A stretch of 64,000 nt of DNA. It comes from Octopus vulgaris (lineage: Eukaryota). The DNA lies in assembly GCA_951406725.2 (NCBI GenBank), contig OX597832.1, positions 63,736,001-63,800,000 on the forward strand. The letters are read 5' to 3'. The notes under the pieces were generated by a model. That model did not search any database. It had not been told where the DNA came from and saw nothing but the letters and a program-made list of their open reading frames with translations. Within the stretch, counting starts at the first letter, position 1. Every line of letters starts with the position of its first letter. Below, in pieces: positions 26,428 to 39,095 of this stretch. A program made the translations under genes and the position numbers.

Positions 26428-26792
26428 GCTTGTATGTGTGTGTGTGTGTATATGTGTATATGTGTTTGTATGTATATGTGTATATATGTATATGCATATG
26501 TATGTGTAAATGTATGTGCTTATGTATGTGTATGTATGTATAAAATATTATATAATTAGGGCTTAGGAAAATAAAATAAATTACTTTGCCACATACTAAA
26601 CTTTCTAGAAATAGCAGCCAATAAAGTTTTTTAGCCTCTTCCACTACTTAGAGAATTTTTTTCCCTCTAACATTGTTTACTCAAAATAATAATGGTCCCT
26701 TTACATACTGAACACTTGATGAAATTGATTAATAACTAATTAACTTTACCCTCCCTTGTTGATATATATATACATATGTATATGTGTACATG

Positions 26793-26837
<45 letters not shown>

Positions 26838-27101
26838 ATGTGTGTATGTATGTATTTGTATATGTGTGTGTGTATATGTATGTGTGCGCGTGTGTGTGTA
26901 TGTATGTGTATGTATACTTGTATATGTATATGCATGAATGTATATATATATATGTGTGTGTATATGTGTATTATGTATGTATTTATATAGATATGTAGTT
27001 TATATATATATATGTATGTATATGCATCTGTCTGTGTGTGTGTATGTGTATATATATGTGTATCATTTTTGCGTATGTATACATGTATATGTGTATATGT
27101 A

Positions 27102-27138
<37 letters not shown>

Positions 27139-27435
27139 GTGTATATATATGTATATATATATATATGCATACGTATGTGTATGTACATGTATATATGTAT
27201 GTGTGTATATGTATATATGTTTATATATGTGAGTATGTAGTGATATAAGTATATGCATGTGTATGTATGGGTATGTGTATCAGTGTATATGTATATATGT
27301 ATGTGTGTGTGTATGTATATGTATGTATATGTGTATATATGTATGTGTATATGTGTATGTATATATATATATATATATATATGTGTGTATATGTGTGTAT
27401 GTATGTGTATGTGTATGTATGTGTATATGTATCTA

Positions 27436-27493
<58 letters not shown>

Positions 27494-27979
27494 TGTGTGT
27501 GTATGTATGCATATATGTATGTATGCATGTATATGTGTATGTATATATATGTGTGTAAGTGTGTGCATATATGTATTTGTAAGTATGTGTGCGCGTATGA
27601 GTATGTATGTATGCTTGCACACGTGTATATATATGTGTGTGTGTGTATATATATGGATGCGCGTGCGTGTGTGCACGTGTATGGGTACGCATGTATATGT
27701 GTATGTGCGTGTATGCGTATACGTGTATGTATGTATGTGTGTGCGTAGATTTGTATATGTATGTGTGAGTGTGTATATATATATATATATATATACATAT
27801 ATATAGATGGGTGTGTGTATGCGTATAAATGCATGTAAGTATGGATGTATGGATGTATGTATGTATGTATACGTATGTATGTGTGTATGTGTGTATGTAT
27901 ATATATGTGTGTATATATGTTTGTGTATGTATATATATGTGTATGTATGTGTGTGTATATGTATGTGTGTATGTGTATG

Positions 27980-28027
<48 letters not shown>

Positions 28028-28913
28028 TATGTATCTGTATGTAGGAGTATATATGTGTGTGTGTGTATGTATATGCGGGTATATATATATATATATGTAT
28101 ATTTATTGGTGTATATGTATAGACTAGCCTCCTAAAGTGTAGACACGAATCTGTAGGTACGAGTACGTATGTGTACATACGTGAACGTATGTAGATGTTT
28201 GTATGTATGAATATAACGCGTGCGTACGTGTATGTGTATGAGTGTACGAATGGGTGAATGTACGTGCTAATGAGTGTGCGTGCGGGAATGAGTACTTGCC
28301 TTCTAGTAGACAGACAAATGGACATGCAGCCATTGCCAGGATTCTTAGCCCTAGCGATCAAAGATAACAAAAGTAATAAATGAAGATAATAAAATTAAAA
28401 TTAGGGATTGGGCCTGTATTGGATTGTATATATATATATATGTATATGTATATTTGTATGTATGTATGTGTGTATGTGTAGGTATGTATAGGTACACATG
28501 TGTATGTGTATGTGTATGTATATATGTGTGTATGTATGTATGTGCACACATGTATATATATGTATGCGTGTATATGTTTTTATATATATATATGTGTACA
28601 TAGGTGTATGTGGGTGTATGTATATATAGGTGTAAATATGTGTATATAGGGAACTAGGTGTGTTGTGTGTGCATGAGTGTATGTGCGTATGAATATATAT
28701 TTTTATGTGTATATATGTATGTGTGGTCGTGGGTATATATATATATATATATATATACATGTGTGTATGCGTGCATGCATGGGAGTGAGTGTATGCATAT
28801 ATACGTGTGTGTATGTGTAGACGGGTATAGGCATGTGCATGTGTATAAATTTGTATATGTGGGCGGGTGTATGTATGTGTGTATGTAGATATGTATGTAT
28901 GTGTGTACATATG

Positions 28914-28964
<51 letters not shown>

Positions 28965-29020
28965 ATATATATGTGTATGTATGTATGTGTGTGTAGATAC
29001 GTATACATGTGTGTATAGGT
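26240..29020. repeat. ~2.8-kb degenerate (TA/TG) microsatellite region inside the PLE 3' region, with unique islands
   Basis: Direct reading; islands at ~26545-26760 and ~28120-28430. Confidence 0.9.
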
Positions 29021-29356
29021 ATAAGTGAGAATCTCCTTATTTACCTATAACTCTATCCCCCCTTTTTTTATATATATATATTTTTTTATATATATATTTT
29101 TTATATATATATTTTTTTATATATATTTTTTATATTTTTTATTTTTTTATTTTATTTATTTTATTTTATTTTTTTATTTTTTATTTTTTATTTTTTATTT
29201 TTTTATTTATCTATTCTTTCATCTAACTTACCACTGACTCCTTGACCACTCCCCCAAGTATGATATTTTGCGCTATGCCTACCCCCAAAAAGTCCCCCAC
29301 CACCACTCCTTTAAACCTGCCTAAATGTATAAATGCTAATACAATTCTTGTTAAAT

Positions 29357-29407
29357 AGCTTCCTGAAGATTTCTCTTGAATGAAACAGTACTAGTCCTGT
29401 AGAAGCT
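29357..29407 (+). ncRNA. Type I hammerhead ribozyme in PLE pLTR
   Basis: agcttc-CTGAAGA-t-ttc-tctt-gaa-t-GAAA-cag-tactagtc-ctg-T-A-gaagct: 6-bp stem I, 4-bp stem III, GUA triplet with cleavage after 29401. Confidence 0.88.
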
Positions 29408-29412
29408 CCTTC

Positions 29413-29478
<66 letters not shown>

Positions 29479-29680
29479 GAGTCTGTGTTTGTCCCCCAAC
29501 CATCGCTTAACAACCAAGACCGATAGCATAAGTACAAGGCTTACAAAGAATAAGTGCAGGGGTCGATTACACTTATTAGTGCTGAAAAGATTCAAACTTC
29601 AACCCCGATGTCTTTGCAAGGGATCAATTCTACAAGATAAAGAAAGGCATAAGAGGGATCATATATATATGCGTATGTTT

Positions 29681-29915
29681 AGGGCGGTGAGCTGGCAGAA
29701 TCGTTATCACGCCGGGCGAAATGCCTAGAGGTATTTCGTCTGCCGTTATGTTCTGAGTTCAAATTCCGCCGTGGCCAACTTTGCCTTTCATCCTTTCGGG
29801 GTCGATTAAATAAGTACCAGTTACGCACTGGGGTCGATGTAATCGTCTTAATCTCTTTGTCTGTCCTTGTTTGTACCCTCTAAGTTAAGCCCGCTGTGGG
29901 CAATAAAGAAATATA
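29681..29915 (+). mobile_element. SINE family B, full length
   Basis: Head ggcggtgagctggcagaatcgtta, B-box gagttcaaattcc, central gcctttcatcctttcggggtcgat, A-rich tail. Confidence 0.88.
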
Positions 29916-29916
29916 T

Positions 29917-29953
<37 letters not shown>

Positions 29954-29961
<8 letters not shown>

Positions 29962-30314
29962 CATGTGTAGTGATCCTATATAACGGTGCGCGCTCGCGCA
30001 CCGTCCATTTCTGTTTCGCGCGTGCGGGTTTGGTGCTTTCACCACCGGAAGAAGGACCATTTGCCTACGTGGCAGTTTAGCCGCGAGGCAAGGGGAGCGT
30101 AGGACGTTGACCACCAGTGTCCAGTAGGCAGTGACTTGAGACACAGCTATCGAAGGAACAGGACGTGTATTCTCTCTCTCTGTCCGGATTTGATATAGCA
30201 GCAGCCTTTACCAAAAGACTTTTAACCAGCATTTGTTGCAGACATCATCTTCTTCCTACGGACGCCATTTTGACCCCAGTTCTGTTTTAGCGACTGAACA
30301 CTGTAAAATCTACA
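29954..30314. mobile_element. Solo LTR (Gypsy-like)
   Basis: Termini TGTAGAT…ATCTACA (7-bp inverted), 4-bp TSD tgtg/tgcg, GC-rich 361 bp, TATA-like cctatataa. Confidence 0.65.
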
Positions 30315-32239
30315 TGCGTTAAAGTTCAGCCTTGCACGCCATACCAAGCGGAACCAGATATATCACTTATTTGTTACTGTCATAAGAGAATAAAGTAGAT
30401 ATATATTTTTTACGTTTGCGTCTTGTTGTTTCTGACTGGTAGAATCTGGATTATTAAAGCAACGGAAAGTGATTGCACCAACTGCACCCAAAAAGTGCAG
30501 AGAAGATATTCACTCCCGTTACACATGTTTTCCTGTCTGTGTGTATCTCTCCTTCACCACACACACGGACACACACATCTATACATATACAGGGTTGGCC
30601 AGAAGTCACCTGACAGTAAATCAAAAATTCCATAAATACCATCTGTAATTCTGTATTGACTCGGATGGAAAAATGAGTCGCTCAAGAAGGATTTCAGTTT
30701 GAACAATTTTCACGATGATTCATATTCAGATAACATAAATAAATCTTGGAATTAAACGATTTTGATTTACTGTCAGATGACTTTTGGCCAAAACGTTTCT
30801 GTGCATATAAACACACACACAGATATAAAGGAATATATGATGAAATTATGCACTCAATCTTACACGTAAAAAGAAGATATACCTATGCAACAACCACTTA
30901 CACTTTCATACACAAACCAGCTCTCTCTCACACACGCAATTATAAAATACTTGTTTATACATAATCATATTAAAACATTCTACCCATGGGACATTTGATA
31001 CTAAACATATGTAAACATAACACGTACACACGTACGCACTAAAACAGCTAATATTTTGAATGTGAACTATCATGAAATATTTCACTCTGAACATATCAAA
31101 AACAAGAGCCCTGTCAGTGTATCAGATGAGATTTTGGCTCTTTATCAATCTCATATTAACGTTTACATAGCTTTATCTAATATGGTTTATTAACATAGAC
31201 ACAGATGTTAAAATTTTTACATGGTGTATATCGTGTCTGTATATTTAATACTTGCAATGTTTTAATGATAAAAATATGAGCAAGCGTATTATACACACAC
31301 AACACTTTGAATTTGGATTTAGACTTGGTTTGGGTTTGACGAGAACTAAAATAAAACCATCGTACATGATGCTTGTCTCATGTTGTCAGATGATAGCCGT
31401 CTAAAAACTATAGAGTTCTGAACGCCATGGGATTTAAGTGGCAAGAGCTTGTACAACACTTTTGCCACTCTCTCGGCCGCCATAGTAGATCCCACGTTTA
31501 TAGACTTTATTTCTTATGAGTAACATTACCAGTGGTAAAGCTGGTTGCACTTTATCTGGGAAGCAATTCGCTCTAAATCCCGACGACCATGAGAAGTTAA
31601 ACGGTGACCACCATTGGGATCTTTCTCGGAAAACTTCAAGTTTTCCACAGCCTGTAAAACACGTCGGGCAATGGAAGCTGAAGCCGGGCAAAAATGACTG
31701 TACCAATTCTTTAGCGTCCTCCATATATTTTTGTGAATGCTCCAACACTAACGGGATATTTAATATAAAAAATGTCAGCAAACTGAAGCAGCCCATATAT
31801 AAAACCAGTCTTGACTGTAAGGAGCTAATTTGTTGAATCTTCCTAATTTTACAATCTCAACCCAATCTGGAATTTTCATTTTATCAGATTATTTTAAAGA
31901 AAGCACCCAATGCTTTTGGGAATTGATGTTTTGCGCTCGGAAGCCGTGATTGCAGAATGTGATAAGCATTGCAAGATGGCGGGTACTATTTTGACTGCAA
32001 GTTTTTATTTTATATTAGAGGATCTTTCTTCTAGAAGAGCTACCTTCTTCAGGGTTCAGTCAAAAATAACGGGAGCCCCCTTTAACTTCTGGGAAATTTA
32101 TTTCACCCCAAAATGGGACCCTGATTGGAATTACCGTTCCGGGTCAGAATGGATCTGGGAGTAATGATAATTAAAGGGTTACACGCACATAAACAAACAC
32201 ACGTACGCATGTGTCTGTGTGTACCCTTGCTCTGACGTC

Positions 32240-32465
32240 ATATGATGGTTGTAAACGAGTTTTACCGTCATACAAGAGATGCTGTACGTTTCCAGTCTTC
32301 CTTGAAAAAAATGTCTGGTTCTGGGAAAATATTAGCTTACTTGGAAACAGGTGAGGGTTTGGTAACAGCAAGGGCATCCGGCCTAGAAAGTCTACTTCAA
32401 CAAATTCCATCTGATCCATGCAAGCATAAAAATTGGACGTTAAATGATAATGATGGTGATGATAA
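32240..32465 (+). mobile_element. SINE 3' part with RTE-type (GAT)n tail
   Basis: ttggaaacaggtgagggtt…aagggcatccggc…tccatgcaagcat…ggacgttaaatgat; homologues at ~7810-8030, ~45790-46000, ~52570-52790 and ~53650-53850. Confidence 0.75.
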
Positions 32466-32558
32466 TGTGTGCTTATATGCGCTTGAATGAGCGAATGGCG
32501 GTGTATGTGTATATTTCCTTCAGTATAGTGCATTGAGTCGTATATGTAACTATTCCAG

Positions 32559-32621
<63 letters not shown>

Positions 32622-32820
32622 TAATGTTAATTTAATATGCTTATTGTACATACACAGATTCTATCCCTCTTTTACACAAATATATATTTATACATCTATC
32701 CTCATTTATCACGTTTGTTTGATTAAAAAAAACTGCCGTATTAAATGAATCAATGACATGAATAATAGCACACAATAGAAAAATAGGCTTCGTTCCGAGT
32801 TCGCTGGGGTGCACATTCGC

Positions 32821-33540
32821 TGTCCAGGCTGAGAAATTGTTTTTCTACGAGAGTTCCGGACCTCAGGAATGAACTCATTTGCATACAGCCAATCAGAGCA
32901 GAGCCACCATTATCCTTTCTAGTCAGCACCGTGCATTCCTTACTCTTTCCCTCTCTACTGGCAGACAGCAACTTCTCCGTCCTCTAACTACCTGTTGGGA
33001 AAACGAATAAATACATGTAAATAATACTTCTTCCTTCTTGGTGTTGATCCTTCTATGTTCACCGGTTACTCCGACGTTGGCACAATGATACACTTACCCA
33101 AACTGAATTGCTGGAGTTATCTTATTTTTTTCCAGAAATATGTTTTTAAAAAGTTATACAGGTTTAAAGTTTATACAGGAAACAGGGTCAAACTTTAAAC
33201 CTGTATAACTTTTTAAAAACATTTTTCTGGAAAAAATAAAATAACTCCAGCAATTCAGTTTGTGCAAATGTATCATTGTACCAACGTCGGAGTAACCAGT
33301 GAACATCGAAGGATCAACACCAAGAAGGAAGAAGTATTATTTACATATATTTATTCGTTTGCTCGACAGGTTGTTAGAGGACGGAGAAGTTGCTGTCTGC
33401 TAGTAGAGAGGGAAAGAGAAAGGAATGCACGGTGCCGACTAGAAAGGATAAAGGTAGCTCTGTTCTGATTGGCTGTATGCAAATGAGTTCATTACTGGGA
33501 TCCGGAACTCGCGTGGGAAAAAAATTTCGCATCTAGGCTG
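32821..33540. mobile_element. ~720-bp palindromic foldback element (MITE-like)
   Basis: Arms ~32821-33172 and ~33190-33540 are reverse complements with scattered mismatches; loop ~18 nt. Confidence 0.88.
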
Positions 33541-34089
33541 AACTTTTGATTGAACGCCAATACGTTATCACAGATCCATTCATAACAAGCATAACAGGGT
33601 CCAGATTTGAACGAACCGTGTTATCTCAGATAATTGATGTATGAATCAGCGATAAACGAGGATATATGTATAATGGCCTCTGCTCCTCAGTGTTAGTTAC
33701 ACTCATGCCTCCACTCCCAGCTCAGGCATTTCCCACTCATTTGTCTTTCTTCCTTTCACTATCCTCGACGCGGTCAACCTTTCCTTCACGTACACTCTGC
33801 ACTAATCATTACATCCAATCCTTCCCTGAACGCCATCACCCCGGAATTCCCTCCTTACTAATATCTTTGTTGCAGGTGTTGATATGCAATGCTTTAAGAA
33901 AGGTGTTAATGGCATGGATTTTACCTGTCTAGAAACACCTACGAAGGCTGTGGACGCTGCCCCCTTCTTCCAGACCACGCAAGTAAAAATAAAAAAACAA
34001 GACATACGACATGTACACATACGTACATACCTACATACATGGTGGTTGCCCTTCCTTCACAGAAAAAGGTCATCTTTCAATTAATAAAT

Positions 34090-34430
34090 ACCGTCGTGAG
34101 ATCTTACATACGACAAACGACAGCAAGCCTGGTTTGAGACAAACAGACTCTACTGCAGATGTAACAAACATTTTTAGGCAGAAATGTGTCCCCGATTGAA
34201 GTTAAGTCCTGTTTCAAAATAGATTGTTTAATCCTCCGTGCTTCAAATGCTTTACAAACACTTCTTTCCAAAACCGATCGATTTTCTGTCATCTGCTCCC
34301 AGTCTTCAACATCTACACTAAGAGCTTTGAGGTTGTTTTCGACAGCATCCTTAAAACTTTTCTTAACGTTTATATCTCGGACGTTAACCATTTGCAACTC
34401 CCCACCGCGCCCCGTAAAACAACTATTTAG
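34090..34430 (-). mobile_element. RTE-clade LINE ORF C-terminal fragment
   Basis: GELQM…KKSFKDAVENNLKALSVDVEDWEQMTENRS…CYICSRVCLSQTRL resembles the RTE C-terminus with a terminal Zn-finger. Confidence 0.7.
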
Positions 34431-34653
34431 GTAACCTATAGTTCTCTACTCTAGAAAGGATATAATTACACACTGTTAAATTGTTTGTATAATAAAACTT
34501 GACATAAAAACATTAATATATGCATAAATACACACGCAGACATTAATATAAACAAACTAAACATTAATATAATAAATGCATACGCATATATGGGGCTAAA
34601 ACAACAGTAATGTTCATCCCAACCGGGACTGGCACATTATGTTGGCAAATAAT

Positions 34654-34697
<44 letters not shown>

Positions 34698-34701
<4 letters not shown>

Positions 34702-35070
34702 TACAACGACGAGGGTTCGAGTTGATCCGATCAACGGAACAGCCTGCTCGTGAAATTAACGTGCAAATGGCTGAGCACTCCACAGCCACGTGTACCCTTA
34801 ACGCTGTTTTCAGGGAGATTCAGCGTGACATAGAGTGTGACAAGGCTGGCTCCTTTGTTTGAATTACAGGTACAAAAGAAATAGGAAGAAAGAGTGAGTG
34901 CAAGTTGTGGTGAAAGGGTACAGCATGGTTCGCCACTACCTCCTGCCGGAGCCTCATAAAAATTTAAGGGTTTTCGCTCAATAAACACGCATAACGCCCG
35001 ATCTCGGAATCGAAACCACGATCCTATGGCCGCGAGCCCACTGCCCTAACCACTGGGCCATTGCGCCTCC
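34698..35070 (-). mobile_element. SINE family C
   Basis: tRNA head (ggaggcgcaatggcccagtggttaggg…ggtttcgattcc) and tail cgctgaatctccctg…gagtgctcagcca.ttgcacgttaatttcacg; copies at 38775-39095 and 54010-54320. Confidence 0.8.
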
Positions 35071-35554
35071 ATATATACATTATATACATACAGATGCAGA
35101 AGAGAGAGAGAGAGAGAGAGAGTGAGAGAGAGAGAGACAGACAGAGAGAGAGAGAAAGAGAAAATGAGTATGAAAGCAAAACGTGCTAAACTGTGAAAAG
35201 TAAAATATAAATATCAGACCATGTTTTTTTTCTCTGTTTTTTTTTTTTTTCTTTTCGACTGAATTCCTATCAATTGTGACGAAATATAGATTTATCACAT
35301 TATTTCCACTTTATTGCATTAATGAGTTGCGGATACAATATGATCCCAATTGGAAACTTTAACATTTTTTTGTGGGGGAAGGGAGTATTTGTCCATTTAA
35401 TCACAGGAAAAAAATATCGTATTCTAAGTTGGCACACAGCCATAGTTACAGAAAGGAATATGGGAAAGAGAGAGAGAGAGAGAGGGGGAAAGGGAAAGAG
35501 AGAGGGGGAGGTGGAAAGAGAGAGTATCTGAAAGTATGCATGTATGTATGTATG

Positions 35555-35595
<41 letters not shown>

Positions 35596-38279
35596 TCACA
35601 TGCCACACAAATGTACGTCTATCTCAGTGTGTGTGTGTGTATATATATATACACACATACATACAAACGGAGATAGTGATGGAGATAAATTTGATTACGC
35701 TTGGCATAGAAATACATGCATATATATTACAGTATAGAAAATTATTACGTGTTTTCTATACTGGACACATCTAACTCTAACCTATCGTCTGCATAATTAT
35801 GGATGTGTGTGTGTATGTAAATATGTATGTAATATGTACATAATACTTACACACATACACACACATGTATATACGTCTAAGGCTAGTACTCTCCTTGTTT
35901 TTCTTTGTCTCTATTCAAAAGATATCTTTCTTAATATTCCTTATCTGTTCGTTCATGTTTTTCCTACCATTCTTATACCTTTGTCGTGCAACATTTTCAG
36001 TCGACCGACTTGAATTCGTTTTTTTTCCCTTTTTACTCTGACACATTGCAAGACGAAGGAGAGCAATATTCTCCAAGCGCCGAAATCATAACGACTCTGG
36101 ATAAAACGTTTCTTTTTTTGTCCTTTCCGTTCATTATCATACACTTTCTTCACCATTATTTTCATTTTCATTTCAGTTTGATGAAACTGACGTTTTGAAG
36201 ATTCCAGTTCAAGACATTAAAGAGAACTTAGTCACAGCGATTAAAATGTGAACTGCTCATGTCTTGGTTGGTTGATAATCATTTCATCTACTTAGCTATC
36301 CATGGTACATTTAACTCCTTTCATACAACCATTCAACTCGTTTTCGAGTGCTATTTAATTTTATTCCCTTGTTACTCAACAGTTTTTCTTACTGTTATTT
36401 AACCATTTTCCCCAAGGCTACTCAACTCTTTTTCAAGTGCTATTCAACCTTTTCTTCACTCTATACTCAAAACGTTTTTCAGAATTTCTCAACGACCCTT
36501 TTCCCAATCTTACTGTAAATGGTTTTATTTTGGTGGTTCTACTTTCAGTCTGGAAGGTAGCGACATTAACAGTTGCCCATATTAACCGTGGGTACAACCT
36601 AGTACCAATGACAACATGCAAACCATCAACGTCTTGGTTTGTCAATCGGTAGCCCGGCCTCGTTACCGAAGAATCGCTCAGCAAATTTATCAACCAGAAG
36701 TAACCCAAAGTAATTACTTTCAACTAAGTGTATAAACCTTTGTGATTTACATGACCTGTCGGTTGGTCCCCTATCTGTAGCAAAAAATATATAAAAACTG
36801 CATTCTATATAGTATATTAATGTATATACAATGTCTACAGGCCAGTTACTGCAGTAGTTGCCCTGAGATAGAATCTCTCATGGATGTGCGATGTTAAAAA
36901 CACAATAACTATCAGAGAAAGACGAAAATTGGTTCCAATAGCGGATATTATTGGTTCCAATAGCAGATGAATTCCAGCCTTTTTGTGTCTTTTCAATACT
37001 ACGTACTTGCAGCCAAGCATATGCTTGGACGAGAATTCGTCGTTTCTTATGAAGGAGAAAGTGAATAAAATATTCACTGATGTTGCGATTAGTCGCTCGG
37101 TTTATTAAAAACCTCGTATATGTAATTGAGGTATTTAATTAGAATAGCCATCTCTGTGTCATACTTAATGAGTACGCTCACTTGATAAGCCAGATACTGA
37201 AATATTTGCCGTAAGATAATATTTCTTATGGACTTGCTGTGTTAAAAACTCAGTTGCATATATAAAAAAAAATCGAAAAATCGTCAACTTTATATTTTGC
37301 ATCTTGTTCTCATTTCTCGCATCTCCACTTTGACCTATATAACTGTTAAGATGCTTGCATCTGTAATGCGCTCCACATTCGAAGGAGCATTATTGCTAGC
37401 AGGTAGTTCGTACAAACTGCTATAGCTTACGTCAGGAGGGATGTACATAGTAATAACAGACAGACAGACAAACAGTCAGTCAAAATGACTGTCTCGTACG
37501 TAAATTTAGATAGCATTTTCGCTCTGTGATCTGTACAAAAATTACTTTAGATATTTTCGGTTGTGAAATGAATTGATGAGAAACGATAAGTAGTTAAACA
37601 AATGTTTGCTGCTCTTCGAAAACCAGCAGAATTTCTTACAAGTTGACACTGTTGTCTATTAGCTTAACAGATTAGGAAGATGTGCGGCAAAGATAGAGAG
37701 CAAACTGTACAGATTAAAGAACTACCGTGCATTATTTAATTGCATTTTTTCTCCGTTTTATACCTTTAAGACCGCCTCGTCACTGTGAAGTCAATAAAGT
37801 TTATGTTCAGTAATTACGCAGAAAGGTATTAAAGATTCTTTTTCATGGCGCCGTGCCAAGGTGGAAAATAGGTATTTGTGTTCTGAAAAAATATTTTTAA
37901 CAAGGCTTATAGGCACAGATATAGCTGTGTGGTTAAGACGTTTGCTTCACAACCACGTGGTATTGGCATCTTAGGCAAGTGTCTTCTGCTACACCTCCGG
38001 GCTGACCATTGCCTTGTGAGTGAATTAGGAAGACGGAGACTGTGTGGAAACCCGTCGCGGATACATATTCACACATATGCACACAAATGTGTGTGTATGT
38101 GTGTGTATGTGCATGTGCGTGTGCACGTCTGAGTTTGTTTCCACACCGATTGACAACCAGTGTTGGTTTGTTTTTGTCCCTGTAAGTCAGCAGTTCGGCA
38201 AAAGAGATGGTTTAAAATTTTTCAACCCCAAAGCGAAAAAAAAACAAGAAAAAAAACAAAAAAGAATATGGACATAAAC

Positions 38280-38361
38280 CAATCATGGGAAAACTGCGGC
38301 CCGCTAACGATGAGCCATAATATCATGCGGCCCGTTTGTCGAAAAAGGTTGCCCATGTCTG
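38280..38361. mobile_element. Minimal hAT-like MITE remnant
   Basis: caatcatgggaaaact … aggttgcccatgtctg with two gcggccc subterminal motifs; no TSD seen. Confidence 0.5.
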
Positions 38362-38774
38362 AAAGTTTACATTGTAAACTTTTTGTCTTCACATTAAATA
38401 AAGAGCTGTAAGACGGTGGGTGTGCAGGGTCGGTAGAGCGTCGAAACAATGCATGTGGTATTTGCTTCGACTCTATACGTTCTGAGTTCAAATCTCACCA
38501 AGGCCAACTTTTTCAACCCTTTTGAGGGTTGAAAAAGTACCAGTCAAGTACTGGGAAGGGAGTCGATGGTATCAGTTAACTGCTCTCCTCTTATCAAAAA
38601 AGTTGATCTTGAGCCAAAATTCGGATCAAGGCTGATAGATTGGCAGAATCGTTAGAGCGTGGAACCAGTGCCATTTTATGGTAGGGCACACTCGGCCCCA
38701 CAAGTCTAGGGGACCAATTCTGATCGATGTATGTCGTGGCTTGCTGTCAATAAATAAATACTAAAGGATCCAGT

Positions 38775-39095
38775 GTGAAGGCGTGTGGCTCAGAGGTTAG
38801 GGGCATTCGGTTCATGATCGTAAGGTCATGAGATCAATTCCTGGCGACGTGTTGTGCCCTTCAGCAAGGCTCTTTATTTCACATTGCTTCAGAGTCCACT
38901 CAGCTGGCAGAAATGAGTAGTAACTGAATTTCAAAAAGGCCAGACTTGTCACACTCTATGCCACGCTGAATCTCCCTGAGAACTAAGTTAAGGGGTACAC
39001 GTGTCTGTGGAGTACTCAGCCACTTGCACGTTAATTTCACGAACAGACTCTTCCGTTAATTGGATCAACTGGAACCCCAATCGTCATAAGCGACG
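38775..39095 (+). mobile_element. SINE family C
   Basis: Homology to 34698-35070. Confidence 0.8.

Larger units (their letters stand above)
24543..29417 (+). mobile_element. Penelope-like retroelement (PLE), 5'-truncated, with inverted pseudo-LTR; possibly Naiad clade
   Basis: RT + GIY-YIG ORF; near-identical inverted terminal repeats (~24620-24870 vs ~29165-29417), each with an HHR; both ends lie in (TA)n. Confidence 0.92.
24278..29570 (+). mobile_element. SINE family A split by the 4.9-kb Penelope-like insertion
   Basis: Head at 24278-24440; body resumes at 29476 (gtgagtctgtgtttgtcccccaaccatcgctt). Confidence 0.85.

Noticed and set aside
27063-28370. 435-aa minus-strand ORF
   Set aside because: Low-complexity TA/CA repeat within the PLE 3' region.
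31434-31836. Overlapping 106-120 aa ORFs in non-repetitive DNA
   Set aside because: No recognisable motif or splice structure; possibly a decayed element.
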